Source of the DNA: Octopus bimaculoides
Lineage: Eukaryota
Assembly (NCBI RefSeq): GCF_001194135.2
Contig: NC_069007.1
Span: 7,094-71,093, forward strand
Direction: 5' to 3'
DNA length: 64,000 nucleotides
The position numbers were made by a program, and so were the translations under genes. The notes under the pieces are model-generated. The model was given only the letters and a program-made list of their open reading frames with translations. It had not been told where the DNA came from and did no database searches. This document shows, piece by piece, positions 1 to 12,581 of this stretch (positions within the stretch are counted from its first letter, which is position 1; each line of letters opens with the position of its first letter).

Positions 1-254
1 CCAGTATGAATATATTTGTGTGAAGCCAAACCATCTGCACGAGAAAATGACATACCACACATATCACAGTGATACGGTTTCTCTCCTGTATGAATGCGTT
101 TATGTTTAGTTAAGGTATTCTTATCAAAGAGTGATTTTCCACAAACATCACAATGACAGGAATTAATGCATTTGTGAGTGGTGAGTGTAACTGCCTTAGA
201 AAATGACTTTTTACACACATCACAGTTGTATAACTTTTTTTTCTCTTTTGCCAT
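1..254 (-). CDS. C2H2 zinc-finger protein ZNF-A, N-terminal part (continues beyond the left window edge)
   Basis: Manual translation from ATG at 254: [84 protein letters not shown]. Canonical TGEKPY linkers; paralogous to ZNF-B and ZNF-C. Confidence 0.9.
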   Translation of the reverse strand, partial: MAKEKKKLYNCDVCKKSFSKAVTLTTHKCINSCHCDVCGKSLFDKNTLTKHKRIHTGEKPYHCDMCGMSFSRADGLASHKYIHT

Positions 255-639
255 GTCTTTCAGAACAGAGTGACTCCTTAAAATGTCTTTAATTCTTTTT
301 GAGAAATTTTCTTCTTCCAAAAATTCACCATAGGTTTATACAAACAAGGGCATATCTTCTGTAAAACATCCTGTCTTAAATCTTTAGAAGATAACAATGA
401 TGATGTGTCTGAAGTTAAGAATTCATTTCTGCCAAGGTCGTCAAATGTTCTGAAACAATAGAAAAACAGAATAAGAGACAGAAGGCACAAAAATATGGTT
501 AACATTAAACTGTGCATATTCTCTAACTTTCTATATTGGTTTGAAATATTGGCACAAGGCCAGCAATTTCAGGGGAGGGTGTAAGTTGATTGTATTGATC
601 CCAGTGTTCAACTGACACTTACTGCATGACAGGCCCTCA

Positions 640-795
640 TGCTAGTGGCACATAAAAAGCACCCACAACACTCTCGGAGTGGTTGGCGTTAAAGAAGAGC
701 ATCCAAGAGCCTGGTGAAGCCACCTGGCTTGCCAGTACTCAGTCAAACCGTCCAACCCATGCCAGCATGGAAAGCAGACGTTAAGCGGTGATGAT
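640..795 (+). mobile_element. RTE-LINE 3' tail / short interspersed repeat
   Basis: gagtggttggcgtt...ccaacccatgccagcatggaaagcagacgtt followed by a (gat)n tail; the same motif recurs at about ten places in the window. Confidence 0.75.
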
Positions 796-1615
796 GATTA
801 TATATAATATATTGCTACACCATAGAAAGTTTAGGTAAACTTCGTCACTCACTCTCTTTGTTTGTTTAGGAGGTGGGGAATTTCGGAAAATCCACCGGAG
901 TCCACTTCAATTCGCCTTAACTTTCAACAAAATTTATATTTTTTAATGAAATTCTATACAAATATACCTCGGACTATGTACATTCTGAAAAAACTTCAAA
1001 CGGGGAATTATTCCATTCAATATCATGATTTCTATAGAGATTATGTAACAAATTATACTTTACACTTCTATATTTAATTGTGCGTCGTGTATATTCCTTA
1101 TTTCTGATTCGGATGTCTTCTGCCTTTCTATTAGAAACTTTTACCTGGGAATTTACTTCAAGTGAAAAATGAATCGTATGCAACAGTTAAATCGTCTTAA
1201 TAACAGATTTCTGTTTACGAGACCTTTAGCTGTTATTTTTAGCATAACGAGTTTTCTGGTGAGGGCTTTAGTTTCGTTTCTTGCCAGTTTGTTGCTTCCG
1301 TAGAAATGTACGGATGCACAAAAATTTCCTATTATTCCGGGATGGAGGGTGTCTAGTTTCCAACCCACCCTTTTTTCCATAAGGGGTTTGCAGCATATTT
1401 GGAGGTCTGGGTACTTTATTCCACGCAAAAAATCTGAGATTTTTTTTTTTTCTCAGTGAAAGAATCAAATAACAACGATTGTTCTTACAAATATATTAAG
1501 AACAATGTACGAAGTGGATACTATCATCGATGGCTCATTTCAGGAGAGTAGTGGCTGTACATTTGTGAGGGGCAACTCTTTCGTCCACTCCTTTAATGCA
1601 TTACATAAAAAATAT

Positions 1616-1791
1616 GGTACTACTAAAGCAGCGCGGACCCGAACGCGCTAGCTAGTCGTGAGTGGTCGATCCTAACCCTAAGCCTAAACACGTATTCATT
1701 TGCATACGCGCACACGCGCGCACTTGTCGTAGGATCGACTACTCACGACTAGCTAGCGCGGACGCGCGACCACTCTTCTTTAGTAGTACCC
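1616..1791. mobile_element. Palindromic CpG-rich MITE-like element with octamer motif
   Basis: Arms 1644-1674 and 1730-1760 are reverse complements with one mismatch, and the similarity extends outward to ggtactactaaag / ctttagtagtacc. The loop contains cctaaccctaa and ATTTGCAT (1698-1705). Confidence 0.65.
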
Positions 1792-1816
1792 GCATAGTCT
1801 ATATGTGTGTGTGTGT

Positions 1817-2017
1817 NNNNNNNNNNNNNNNNNNNNNNNNNNNNNNNNNNNNNNNNNNNNNNNNNNNNNNNNNNNNNNNNNNNNNNNNNNNNNNNNNNNN
1901 NNNNNNNNNNNNNNNNNNNNNNNNNNNNNNNNNNNNNNNNNNNNNNNNNNNNNNNNNNNNNNNNNNNNNNNNNNNNNNNNNNNNNNNNNNNNNNNNNNNN
2001 NNNNNNNNNNNNNNNNN
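1817..2017. other. Assembly gap (N run)
   Basis: Run of N flanked by (GT)n and (TA)n. Confidence 0.99.
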
Positions 2018-2434
2018 ATATATATATATAAATCGAGTCTGTACACACAATACAACGAAAGTTATAACAATTTTTAAACAGTAGGTGCTTCTGTCCTTTG
2101 TTCTGCAGCAGCAGGGGAAACTATAATAGGGGGCAAATCAGTGTGATAAAGGTTAACACCTTCTTCCTCTAGGGGCTGCATCCCGGACATGACCCCTGGC
2201 TGACCTTCTGCTCTTTTTAGCCACTGTGCATTTAAAACCACCTCGAGAAATTTTTAGTCGAACGAAATCGAACTCCGAACCTTTTATCTCCTTTAAGTCT
2301 GTTTTTTTATTATTATTATTATTATTCTATGGGTCTTTTAGGCCGAACCGCTAGGTTACGAGGTAGTAAACACCGGTTTCAAGCGGTGGCGGGGAACGAG
2401 CACCTACGCTCAGACACATACGTAGAGTCGGGAC

Positions 2435-2552
2435 ATGTATTCATTTGCATACGCGCACACGCGCGCACTTGTCGTAGGATCGACTACTCACGACTAGCTA
2501 GCGCGGACGCGCGACCACTCTTCTTTAGTAGTACCCGTATAGTCTATATGTG
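2435..2552. repeat. Second, near-identical partial copy of the octamer/CpG element
   Basis: Matches about 1692-1816 almost base for base, including ATTTGCAT at 2443-2450. Confidence 0.8.
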
Positions 2553-2843
2553 TGTGTGTGTGTATTGTAGGGTAGTTTTTATATGGCTTTTGGTAGAGAC
2601 TGCAGATAAAACAAATAAAGCCAGTGGGGGAACACGTGTGGGTCTGCCAGTATCACTGATTCGTCATAAAACCCCTATATATGTGGGGTTAGGGTGCTTC
2701 CACCAAATTGATATAAACGAATAAATAATTAATGTATCAAAACAAAGACTCGAAGATGTGATAACATTTTAATTAATTTAATGGTGCATATTAGTCTTTT
2801 TTTAATAAACTAAGTATATATTAAGAAACTGTAGATAAATATG

Positions 2844-2980
2844 ATTACTTTACCATGAATAAATGCTTCCTACAAAGCAGACTGTTCGTCCGATGGAAGC
2901 GATTATAAACGTCATATTTCGCTGGTCCGAGCTTCGTCAATGACACCATAAAGGCAATCTCTCTTGACGCATGCGCATGG
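2844..2980 (-). promoter_or_regulatory. Putative promoter and first exon of ZNF-A
   Basis: NRF-1-like ATGCGCATGCG near 2969-2978 and ATGGTAAAGTAAT at 2856-2844 on the minus strand; the same arrangement lies upstream of ZNF-B and ZNF-C. Confidence 0.65.
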
Positions 2981-3384
2981 CGAAAATTATAATTATGAAC
3001 ACACAGAGGTATAACTACACTTGAGTGCTCCATCAATTTATTTCCTTGCAACTAGCTAGCAAAGTTGTTAGCACGATGCTCGAAGTGTTTAGCGGTCTTT
3101 CGTGCATCTTTACGTACTGAGTTCATATTCCGCTGAGATTGACTCTTTTCAGGGTCGATGTAATCGGCTAGTTCCCTTCCATAGGTTTCAGACCTATGTG
3201 TCAAGTAGAAAGTTTCTTTGAACTCTGAAAGAAAAGCAGTTCATACCTTTTTAGTTTAAGGCTTTAAAGGGGAAAAAAATTATAGTGGTCAGAATTGCAA
3301 CGAATGATTTATTCAGAAAAACATGAAGACCGTACATATAATTAAACGTAAGATCTAGGCATAGCTGCTTAAGTGCTGACGTAG

Positions 3385-3480
3385 TTTTGTAGTAAGAAGT
3401 TTGCTTCCCAACCACATGTGCTTCGATTCAGTTCCCACTGTGTGGCACCTTGGGCAGCTGTCTTTTACAAATGCATCACA
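3385..3480 (+). mobile_element. tRNA-derived SINE fragment
   Basis: gtaagaagtttgcttcccaaccacatg...ttcagttcccactgtgtggcaccttgggcag; same family as 23612, 32258 and 33015. Confidence 0.7.
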
Positions 3481-3524
3481 GGACCAAACCATCGTAGTTT
3501 TTTCTCTTGCATACTACACCTGGT

Positions 3525-4219
3525 GGATCTTTCTGATTTGACGGCCAACACTTTTCATTTATGTTTTATGTAGTGTTTTTGGTACCGAAACACTTCCAAA
3601 CTTCGTATACTTGTATATTTTGTGTTATAGAACAGATAAAAATGTTCGTATTCGAAGTTATTTCATGTAAAAAATTGTCGCATTTCGGTAATTTTAACCA
3701 ATCACTGACGTCTATTGAGGTGAAAACAAATACTGCTGTGGAATGTAAACAACATATTCTAACGGTGTCATGGGATCTTTTCCCTTGAATAAAATTAGTG
3801 CTGTAGTTTGTCAACAACTATCGGTGGTACTTTTATTTATGACATCGTTCGTGCGTTTGTACTGGTTTTAGCTTTAGGGTTAGGGTTATGATTATTTTTG
3901 CCATAACCTCATTCCTAACCCTAACCCCCTAAACCCTTACTAGGGAATAATGATATAATTAAACAGAGAATAACACTCTTGACACCGGCAAAAATTATTG
4001 TTTACAAGAAGAGCAGTAACTGTATTCAGCTGAATAGACGTCAGTGATTGGTTGAAATTACAGAAATACGACAACTTTAACATGAAATAACTTGCGATGT
4101 ACAATTTTTTGTTAAGGTTAAGAGAAGAAGTTGTTTCATATGACACATTCTACCAGTGTCCCAAGTTTGAAAGTGTTTCGTTAAGAAAACAAGTGGTGCC
4201 CGTCAAATCAGAGAGATCC
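3525..4219. mobile_element. About 700-bp non-autonomous TIR element with telomere-like core
   Basis: TIRs ggatctttctgatttgacgg / ccgtcaaatcagagagatcc; internal inverted repeat aaccaatcactgacgtc; central ttagggttagggtt and cctaaccctaacc; a second copy lies inverted at 54409-55113. Confidence 0.85.
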
Positions 4220-5639
4220 GCAGATTGTATAATGCTTGTGTAAAGATGACTATCCTCTATAGTAGTGAGATATGGGCCTTTATTGCAGAGGGGTCGTGCC
4301 TCTGAAATGGGGGAATCCTCAACATAATTGCCGCATGGAATGCCATGTCGACCGTGGATGTGTTTGCCGCTGGGTTGTGTTCTGGGCGAGCCATTATGTG
4401 CCGATTAACCACAGGAATTTTCCAGTTCTAATTCATTGCCGGGTGATGTGAAGGCTGTGATCGTTTGACAGGGTCACCAAATGTAGCAGGCTGGATGTGG
4501 TGTGCCATATCAATGTGATACGATGTAGCCCACTACTAAATATAGTGTATAGATGTAACGCTTCAAGGTTCTCCCGTCGGAGTAATCAGTGTACATCGAA
4601 GAATTAACACCAAGAAGGAAGAAATGTTATTTACATATATTTATTTGTTTACCCGACGGTTTGTTAAAGAGACAGGAGCAATGCTAGTGATAGTGACGAG
4701 GAGGAGGACTCGCTGGTTAGTAGTTGATAAGTAAAAAAAGTTTGTCTGTCAGTAGAAAGGGAAAGAGTAAGGTAGTCATAGTGCTGACTAGAAAGGATAA
4801 AGGCAGTATCGCCTTTCTTACAGCCGAAAGCCTCTCTTCACATGTCGAACGAAAGGCAAAAGGAAGTGCTGCTCTTGGTTAAGGCTGACGCAAAAGAGCT
4901 GGTGTTGCTTCTTGGTCTTGCTGACACATAAGGGGAAGAGATAGAAAATTCTCTCTGTTATATAAGCTATGGTCAGTAATGTGGGTTAAGCCTTAAACAA
5001 AGGACTGACCTTTTCTTGACCAGTACAAGTCCTAGGAGGTGGAGTGTTTCCTCATCAATCATCTATTGTAGAAGATTTCTCACTCGTTTTGACAAGCAGC
5101 AATCCGGTGGATTTGGTTTCAAATCTCAAGCAGGGTCAAGCTAGACTCTTACACTCTGATGGATGTGCAACATCAGTGCGTAAAAACTAACACTTCCTTT
5201 CTCCAAGCTTAGATTCGAAACCAAATCTAAGGATTCTCGTCTGACCAAACAGGCACGAAAGAATTTTCTTTGTCCTGTCAAAAAATTATGAATTGTCTCC
5301 CCTTGACCGACGACCTCAGCCTTGTCAGGCGAATTTCAAATGAACAGGAGCTGACCTTCCTGCAGCATGTCTGTCTTTCTAGCTGCCACGGCTGTTATAA
5401 ACACCGTGGTCAGCAAAGGGACAGGCAGAAAGGATCTGGGACTAAGCTGACCAGTGTTTTCTCAGATGAACAACGCCCACTGACACAAACCATTTCCAGT
5501 TGTACATCATACACACAGATGTATACTGTCTAAATTCTTCTCCAGCTCGAAGCTGTTTGCAATAAATTGATGTATTGGAAAATTGTGTAGACCAACAGCA
5601 AGTGCAAGTCCCGTATATACATTATTTAAACTATAAATC

Positions 5640-6438
5640 GATATCATTCCATTATTTACTTGGAAGGCATCCACATGCATGATTAGTTAGGGTGAGTTTT
5701 AGGGCGTAATGGAAGTGACAAAGGAGTATATTTGGCATATCCTACTTCATGAGTTCAATAAAGGTAACAACACAATGATATTCCTCACACAAAGTGTGAG
5801 GAATATCAAAGCAGTATATAGGGATAGGACAAATAGCATAAGCCAGTGTCAATGGTGGATCCAGAAATTACAAGCTGGAAAATACGGCCTAGAAGACGAG
5901 TGTCGTCCTGGAAGATCTGTAGAGCTCGACAAGGACGTCCTGGAAACCTTGGTGGAACAAAAACCTGTAACTGTTGAGGAACTAGCAGAGAAGCTTGGAT
6001 TGGGTCGTTGAAATCGGCACTAGAAGAAAAATGACCAAGTTTTTTACCAAGAGGAAAGGTGTTGTTCTTTCAGGATCATGCTTGGCCACATACAGCGAGG
6101 ATGACATTCCAAAGGCTGGAGCAGTTTGAATGGGAAACAATGCCTCACCCACCATATTCACCAGACATTACCCCATCTGATTATCATTTATTCTGTAGTC
6201 TTCAAAATTATTTGGATGGAAAAAATATGGAATCTGTAGACGAGGTCAGAACAGTACTGGCAGAATATTTTTCATCACAGACAAGTGAATTTTGGAAGAG
6301 GGGCCCTGCGAGTCTGCTAGATAGTGGAGGAGCATTGAAGGGGAGTATATTTTAGATTAAAAAAGAATTTTATTTATCTTAATTTTGAAAAATAAAAGAA
6401 GTATAAAAAAACTGCATTATGTATGGGATGACCCAATA
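5640..6438 (+). mobile_element. Degenerate mariner transposon
   Basis: ORF 5709-6011 encodes a mariner HTH region; ORF 6059-6355 has QDHAWPH and HPPYSPDITPSDYHLF; right TIR gcattatgtatgggatgacccaata followed by TA. Confidence 0.9.
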
Positions 6439-6689
6439 TATATATATATATATATATACATACATTTATGTATAGATATCAGCACACTTGTTCTCATCTC
6501 CTTTCTAGTTACCTCTCTCTGGCCAGGTAACCATGCACCTCCTCTATAGAAAAACACGTTTCTAACTTTGTCACATTCCAACCTTTTATCATCTGACACA
6601 AGATCTCTCCCACCTCCTCTAACGCCCTCTCCCCTCTCAAAATTCCTTGTCTTGAAAGTTTCTTGGTGACCCCAGCCAGTGCTGGTGCC

Positions 6690-6960
6690 CCATAAAAAGC
6701 ATCCAATCAATACTGTAAAGTGGTTGGCACTTGGAAAGGGCATCCAGCTGTAAAACCCATGCCAAAACTGACCTCGCCTGTGCTGGTGCTACGTAAAAAG
6801 CATTGAGTCCACTCTGCGGAGTGGTTGGTGTGAAGAAGGGCATTCAGCCGTAAAAGCCCTGCCAAAACCAGACAGTCGTCTGTAGTAGTCTTCTACCTGG
6901 CTGGCTCCTGGCAAACCGTCCAACCCATGCCTGCACGGAAGGCAGACGTTAGATGATCCT
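6690..6960 (+). mobile_element. RTE-LINE 3' tail repeats (tandem fragments)
   Basis: gagtggttgg...gaagggcat...ccgtccaacccatgcc...gcagacgttagatgat. Confidence 0.65.
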
Positions 6961-7311
6961 CATGATATATAATGTTATGAAAAACTGCTTTCTTTTGTAG
7001 TTAATAGATTTATTTAAAAAATAAGTGATTTTTGAGAATACATTTCTCACCTGTTGAGTAGCAATGTCACATGTATTTTTTGCCTTTTGTTGAAATATAT
7101 TAGAATAAGTATGTCAGTATGATAAAAGAATGTTTTATTTTTATCAAAAAGTAGTAGTGATAAATTAACTCAGTTCTAGATAAACGGAGAGAAAATGTAG
7201 TTCTTGAAGGTTCTTATCACCATTGTACATTTTTTTTTTTCCAGTGAGAATATATTTAAATTTATATTAGATAAGTGTCAGAGAATGAGTTGTCATGCTT
7301 GTTTCAAGTTT

Positions 7312-7455
7312 TGGCACAAGGCCAGGAATTTCGGGGGAGGTGTGAAGATGATTACATCGGACCCCACCCTCTCTTCCAATGGTAATTATTTTGCTGACTC
7401 CAAACGGATGAAAGGCAAAGGTAACCTCAGTAGAAATTTGAACTCATAACGTAAA
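7312..7455 (-). mobile_element. tRNA-derived SINE fragment
   Basis: ggatgaaaggcaaagg...aatttgaactc; same family as 26165-26432. Confidence 0.6.
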
Positions 7456-7624
7456 GAATTAATGGTTATTTTCATCATAATTTAATGTGCATCTTTCATG
7501 CTGGGACTGTACTAAGCAGCACTGTCTGTCTTGGCATGATTTTTAAAACTGAATTCCTTTCCTAACAACATACAAGAGAAAAGCCATGCACGGACAGTTA
7601 AGCAACAAAGATTTCTCAATAATA

Positions 7625-8560
7625 TCAGTTCTTTCTTATATGAATGCATTTGTGTCTAGTTAAGTGAATAATCTGAGAGAATGATTTACCACAGATATCA
7701 CAGGGATATGGTTTCTCCCCCGAATGAATACGTTTGTGTTGTTTTAAGTTACTTTCTACAGAGCATGATTTGCCACAGATATCACAATGAAATGGTTTCT
7801 CTCCTGTGTGAACGCGTATGTGACTAGTTAAATTACCCTTTACAGAAAATGATTTACCACAGATATCACATCTGTATGGCTTCTCTCCTGTATGACTGCG
7901 TAAGTGATTGGTTAAGCAACTACTTACAAAGAATGATTTACCACAGATATCACAGCGATATGGTTTCTCTCCCACATGAATTTGTTTGTGATTACGTAAG
8001 ACACATTTATCAGAGAATGATTTACCACAGATATCACAGTGATATGGCTTTTCTCCAGTATGGGTCCGTATATGTTTAGCTAAAATATATGTTTGAGAGA
8101 ACGATTTATCACAGAAATCACATTTGTATGGTTTTTCTCCTGTGTGACTTTTTATGTGTCTTGTTAAGTGAATAATCTGAGAGAATGATATGCCACAGTT
8201 TTCACAGCGATATGGTTTCTCCCCTGTATGAATACGTTTGTGTTTAGTTAAGGTACTTCCATCGGAGAATGAGTTACCACAGATATTACAGTGATATGGT
8301 TTCTCTCCTGTATGAACATAGTTATGTCTAACTAAATGATGTTTATGAGAAAATGATTTACCACAAATTCCACAGCTATGTGGCTTTTCTCTTGTATGAG
8401 TAAATCTGTGTGAAGCTAAACTATCTGCACGAGAAAATGATTTACCACAGACATCACAGTGATGGGAATTAATACATTTGTGAGTAGTGAGTGTAATGGC
8501 CTTACAAAATGACCTTTTACACATATCACAGTTGTAGGATTTTTCTAACACTTTTGGCAT
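7625..8560 (-). CDS. C2H2 zinc-finger protein ZNF-B (311 aa; 10 C2H2 fingers plus an N-terminal C2HC-type finger; no KRAB/BTB/SCAN)
   Basis: Intact ORF with a tandem CxxC-x12-HxxxH array and TGEKPY linkers; acceptor tttcag at 8802 upstream. Confidence 0.95.
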   Translation of the reverse strand: MPKVLEKSYNCDMCKRSFCKAITLTTHKCINSHHCDVCGKSFSRADSLASHRFTHTREKPHSCGICGKSFSHKHHLVRHNYVHTGEKPYHCNICGNSFSDGSTLTKHKRIHTGEKPYRCENCGISFSQIIHLTRHIKSHTGEKPYKCDFCDKSFSQTYILAKHIRTHTGEKPYHCDICGKSFSDKCVLRNHKQIHVGEKPYRCDICGKSFFVSSCLTNHLRSHTGEKPYRCDICGKSFSVKGNLTSHIRVHTGEKPFHCDICGKSCSVESNLKQHKRIHSGEKPYPCDICGKSFSQIIHLTRHKCIHIRKN

Positions 8561-9869
8561 GCCTTTAAGAAAAGAATGACTCCTTTGAATTTCTTTAGGT
8601 TTTTCACATAAATAAAATTTTTTTAGAAATGTTCTTCTTCCAACAGATTAATCACAGTTCGCAAAAATTCAACATAGATTTATGCAAACAAGGTTATATC
8701 TGTTCTGTATAACATCTTCCTTCTTAGTCTTTTAGAAGATAAATAATAATGATGATGTGTCTGAAGTTAACAATTCTGTTCTGTCAATCTCATTTGATGT
8801 TCTGAAATAAAAAAAAAAGGAACAAAATAAGAGACAGCAAACACTAAAAAATAAGTCTTCAACTGTGGAGATTTTACATTTTTATAATGATAACTGTAAA
8901 TCGTTAGACAGGTGCCCTCCCTGTATTCCAGGGGTAACTGGCCAACATTCTCCAGTTCCCTCTCGTTTATGCAGCATAGATGCATTCAGCCAGGCTTATT
9001 TGCAGTCCATTCTTTGATGCTATCAGTCTACAAACGTCTTTGATAAGCCTCTTGTTCATGTAGCGTGGTTAGGATGAGAGACTTCTTGCTAGTTCATATC
9101 CGTCATTTACTGCTACATTATTACAAAGGTGTTCATGTAACACAAGAAGAATTAATTTTACAGATGCAGGAGATCATCAGAAATTTGATATCTGGGTTGA
9201 TTTTTCACATCAAATGCATATTCAAGTTGCCATGGTATAAGTTCTTCACTTATCACACTGCGTTGAATATAAAGCTGTGAGAACAGCTCTTAGGGTCAGT
9301 CATGCTGGGATGAGTATGTTAGCTGTGAAAAAAAACTAGTAGTGAAAGAGAAATTCACCCAGGACCAGCTGGGTGAATTTACTCTGGCTTTTTTTACACT
9401 AAAAAAATGACTGATGCCATTCAATCATGTGAACAAAGAGTTCTGATTGGCTGAAATAGGTTCTGCATGTATGATGACCTCATGGTTTACATGTGGTCAA
9501 AGGGGAGCTGAAATTAACTGTTATATCAGACCCCTTTCAGTCGAGTTTGTAGGAAAACAAAGGCAAAAAGTGAACAATTAAGAACAGAGAATGAAAATGA
9601 ACAGCAGAAAAAACGCAAATGCAAAAAAAATATTGTCCACGGAAGAGAAAGTTCACGACAAAGTCTATGCTGTGGGGTTGTTTTTTTTTTTTTTTTTTTT
9701 TCATTTCTCTCAAATCAAGATGCTTACACTCTGTCGAACATGCACACAAACATTACACATCCAGCAAAGCAGACTAGCTTCATTTCTTTCAAGGACATGC
9801 ACAGGCTTGGAAGAAATGAAGCTAATATGTTTTGCTGGATGTGCAATGTCAATGTGCATGTATGACAGA

Positions 9870-10350
9870 GTGTAAGCGCCTTGAAAGAAAAGTTGGGCAT
9901 AAGAGGCATCAGATGTGGTGTTGCGCTGGTATGGTCATGTGATGTGTTTGGACAAGGACAGCTGTGTAAAAAAGTGCTGATCTCTGACTGTGGAGGGAAC
10001 CTGTGAATGAGGTAGATCCAGGAAGATATGGGAGCAAGAAGTGGAGCATGATCTTCGAACATTGGGCCTCATGAAGGCAATGACAAGTGGTGGAGACCCT
10101 TGGCAATATGCCATGCTTGAGAAGAAGACCCATCAAGCCAAGTGAAAGTATAGTCCTGGCACCTGTGTCGGTGGCATGTAAAAAGCACTCTTTACATTCT
10201 TGGAGTGGTTAGCATTAGGAAGAGCAGCCAGCCATAGAAACCATGCCAAGTCAGATTGGAACCTGGTACAGCGCTCCAGCTTGGCAGTTTCAGTCAACTC
10301 ATCTAACCCATGCCAGCATGGAAAGCAGATGCTAAATGATGATGGTGATG
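9870..10350 (+). mobile_element. RTE LINE 3' end (decayed coding end plus 3' UTR and (gat)n tail)
   Basis: Decayed RWYGHV / GRSRKIW-type coding end running directly into the gagtggtt...ccatgccagcatggaaagcag tail and gatgatg. Confidence 0.75.
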
Positions 10351-11211
10351 ATGATGATGATGATGGTTGTGCATCGTTTTTAAAGTTAACTAAAAATAAT
10401 AGGTGTGCATATATTTGGTCATTCAAAGAACTCTTCTGCCACTTTGTGTAATTCTGTCTGAAATATGTGTATCTACAGGTGTATTGATAGTGAATGGTGT
10501 GTCACATGTATGCATAGGAGGTGTGGATGTGGTAGAAAAAGGAGCAGGGTTTTTGCTGATAGGGTGACAAATTGATAAAAACATGCTTCAATTGATTGAT
10601 ATACATAGTCTATCCAACACCACGAATTTGGGTTTCATTTTCAATACACAAAAGGGAAGCCATAGATTTTAGTTTATGTTGAGTATTTTTTTTTTTTTTA
10701 GTCAATTTTCATTAATTTTATATCCTGTGCCTTCGTTCGCTGCCCCTCTTTCAAATTATGTGGCATTGCTGATGTCTAACAGTTGATGCTAATGTATATG
10801 AGTCTTTTTTTCAAATGTAATTCGAGAGAATTGAAGCAGCAAATTCACCTTATCACAAACTTACTCATTTTGCCCAGGATAAATTTGTCTTTAATATGCT
10901 CAAAGAGAATGGATATAATTTTCTGAAATAGTGATCAGATTATGTTATAAAGCTTTTAATGCATTTAGGAAAGGCCATTAGCTTAGCTGATATAGAATTT
11001 GTAAGGTGATGAACATTTGCAAAAAATGTGTTGTCTCAAAGTCAAAAAAATGCAGTAAAAACACCTCATCTTGCCCCCCCCCCCCATATATACATGGCAG
11101 GGGAGGTTATGGGCCACTAGACATTTGGGTCCGAAGAGATTCTGTAAAGCTAAGCATTTTATGGGTGTGAAACCCGGGGTAACCCCAAGGACGACCATAA
11201 CTATCTTTAAT

Positions 11212-11252
<41 letters not shown>

Positions 11253-11307
11253 TTATGAATTTATGTTGCAAGATTCCTGATGTGAAGTTGTGTGTTCAAA
11301 CAGATAT

Positions 11308-11635
11308 TGTTGTATTTCGGGATGGTAATTTTTTTTTCGTTCTTCAATCATTTATTACTGTTCTTATTCTAACTTATGTCAACTGTCCGTAAATCTTTCA
11401 TCACACGTCTGTGACCTCCTCAGCGACACTTTCTGTCTTGTGTGCTCTTGCTCTGCCTATTCCATTCACACAAAGACAGAAAGTGTCGCTGAGGTGGTCA
11501 CAGGTGTGTGATGAAAAATCTCCAAACAATGTACATTAGTCAGAATAAGAACAGTAATAAACGAGTGAAGAACGAATATATAGTACATGTTTATTTGAGA
11601 TGAAATGAAAAAAATGACCATCCCAAAATACAACA
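11308..11635. repeat. About 330-bp imperfect palindrome (MITE-like hairpin)
   Basis: Core arms at about 11396-11444 and 11467-11516 are near-complementary; outer matches tgttgtatttcgggatggt / accatcccaaaatacaaca and tttattactgttcttattct / agaataagaacagtaataaa. Confidence 0.85.
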
Positions 11636-11650
11636 TATATATATATATAT

Positions 11651-12352
11651 AATGGGTCATCCCATAAGTAATGCTTTTTGTTTTCAATTGCATGAAATAA
11701 AAGTCGGAGGGGGATATGATTAACTACCAGCATCAACTTGCTTTAAAAGCCGGTAGTAATTTTACCTTGTCCTTATTCTTGGTGCAAATTTTTAAGAGTG
11801 CAGTTCGATTTTGTTCTTTTTTCTAAGTGACAAAGGTGCATATTCGGCATATTTTGCTTTATGAGTTCAATAAAGTCAACAACGCAACGTAAAGTGCGAG
11901 GAATATTAATGCAGTATATGGGGATCGGACAGTAAACGTAAGCCAGAAATTCCGAGACGGAAACTACAGCCTAGAAGACGATCCTAGTCCTGGAAGATCT
12001 GTCGAGCTCGACAAGGACGTCCTGCAAACCCTGGTGGAAGAAAATCCCATCGTAACTGTTGAAGAACCAGTAGAGAAGCTTGGATTTGGTCATTCAACCA
12101 TTCATCGACACCTACGTGCCATTGGAAAAGTCAGGCAAATTGGGTCAATGGGTTCCTCACAAACTTTCCGAGTGAACGCGTGCTCTTCTTTGCTGTCGCG
12201 TCTCACAAATGAACCTTTTTGGGACCAAATAGTGACTGGAGACGAGAAATGGGTTCTCTAAACGAAAGAATGCCGAACTTTGTTTATCTTAAATTTGAAA
12301 AATGAAAGAAGAATAAAAAAAAAAACGCATCATTTATGGAATTACCCCTTAT
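11651..12352 (+). mobile_element. Internally deleted mariner transposon
   Basis: TA-flanked TIRs (tgggtcatcccataagtaatgc / gcatcatttatggaattacccc); encodes the HTH and IVTGDEKWV but lacks the rest of the DDD domain; same family as 5640-6438. Confidence 0.88.
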
Positions 12353-12581
12353 ATATACACACACGAAGGGCTTCTCCTCTGTTTCCGGGTACCGGATCCA
12401 TTCAAACGGCTTTGGTCGGCTCCCATAGTGTCATGCAGGGGCAACACACCCAGCTATTGGAATGAACTCGCGTAACCCGTAATGTGTTCATTCATATATG
12501 AATCTAGGGCAGTCGTCATTTTGACAAATTGAATAAAAAATATAATCTTGTAAAAGTGAAAGTGGAGACTAGGAAAATCGT

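Noticed and set aside
2435-2552. Apparent tandem duplication of 1692-1816
   Set aside because: The copies are near-identical, both end in (GT)n and straddle a gap, so a contig-end overlap artefact is as likely as a real duplication.
3870-3945. TTAGGG repeats suggesting a telomere or fusion site
   Set aside because: Short, degenerate and internal to a dispersed TIR element present twice; other stray copies occur at about 42200 and 48575.
4550-5540. Possible solo LTR or retroelement remnant
   Set aside because: No second LTR, TSD or protein motif could be identified by eye.
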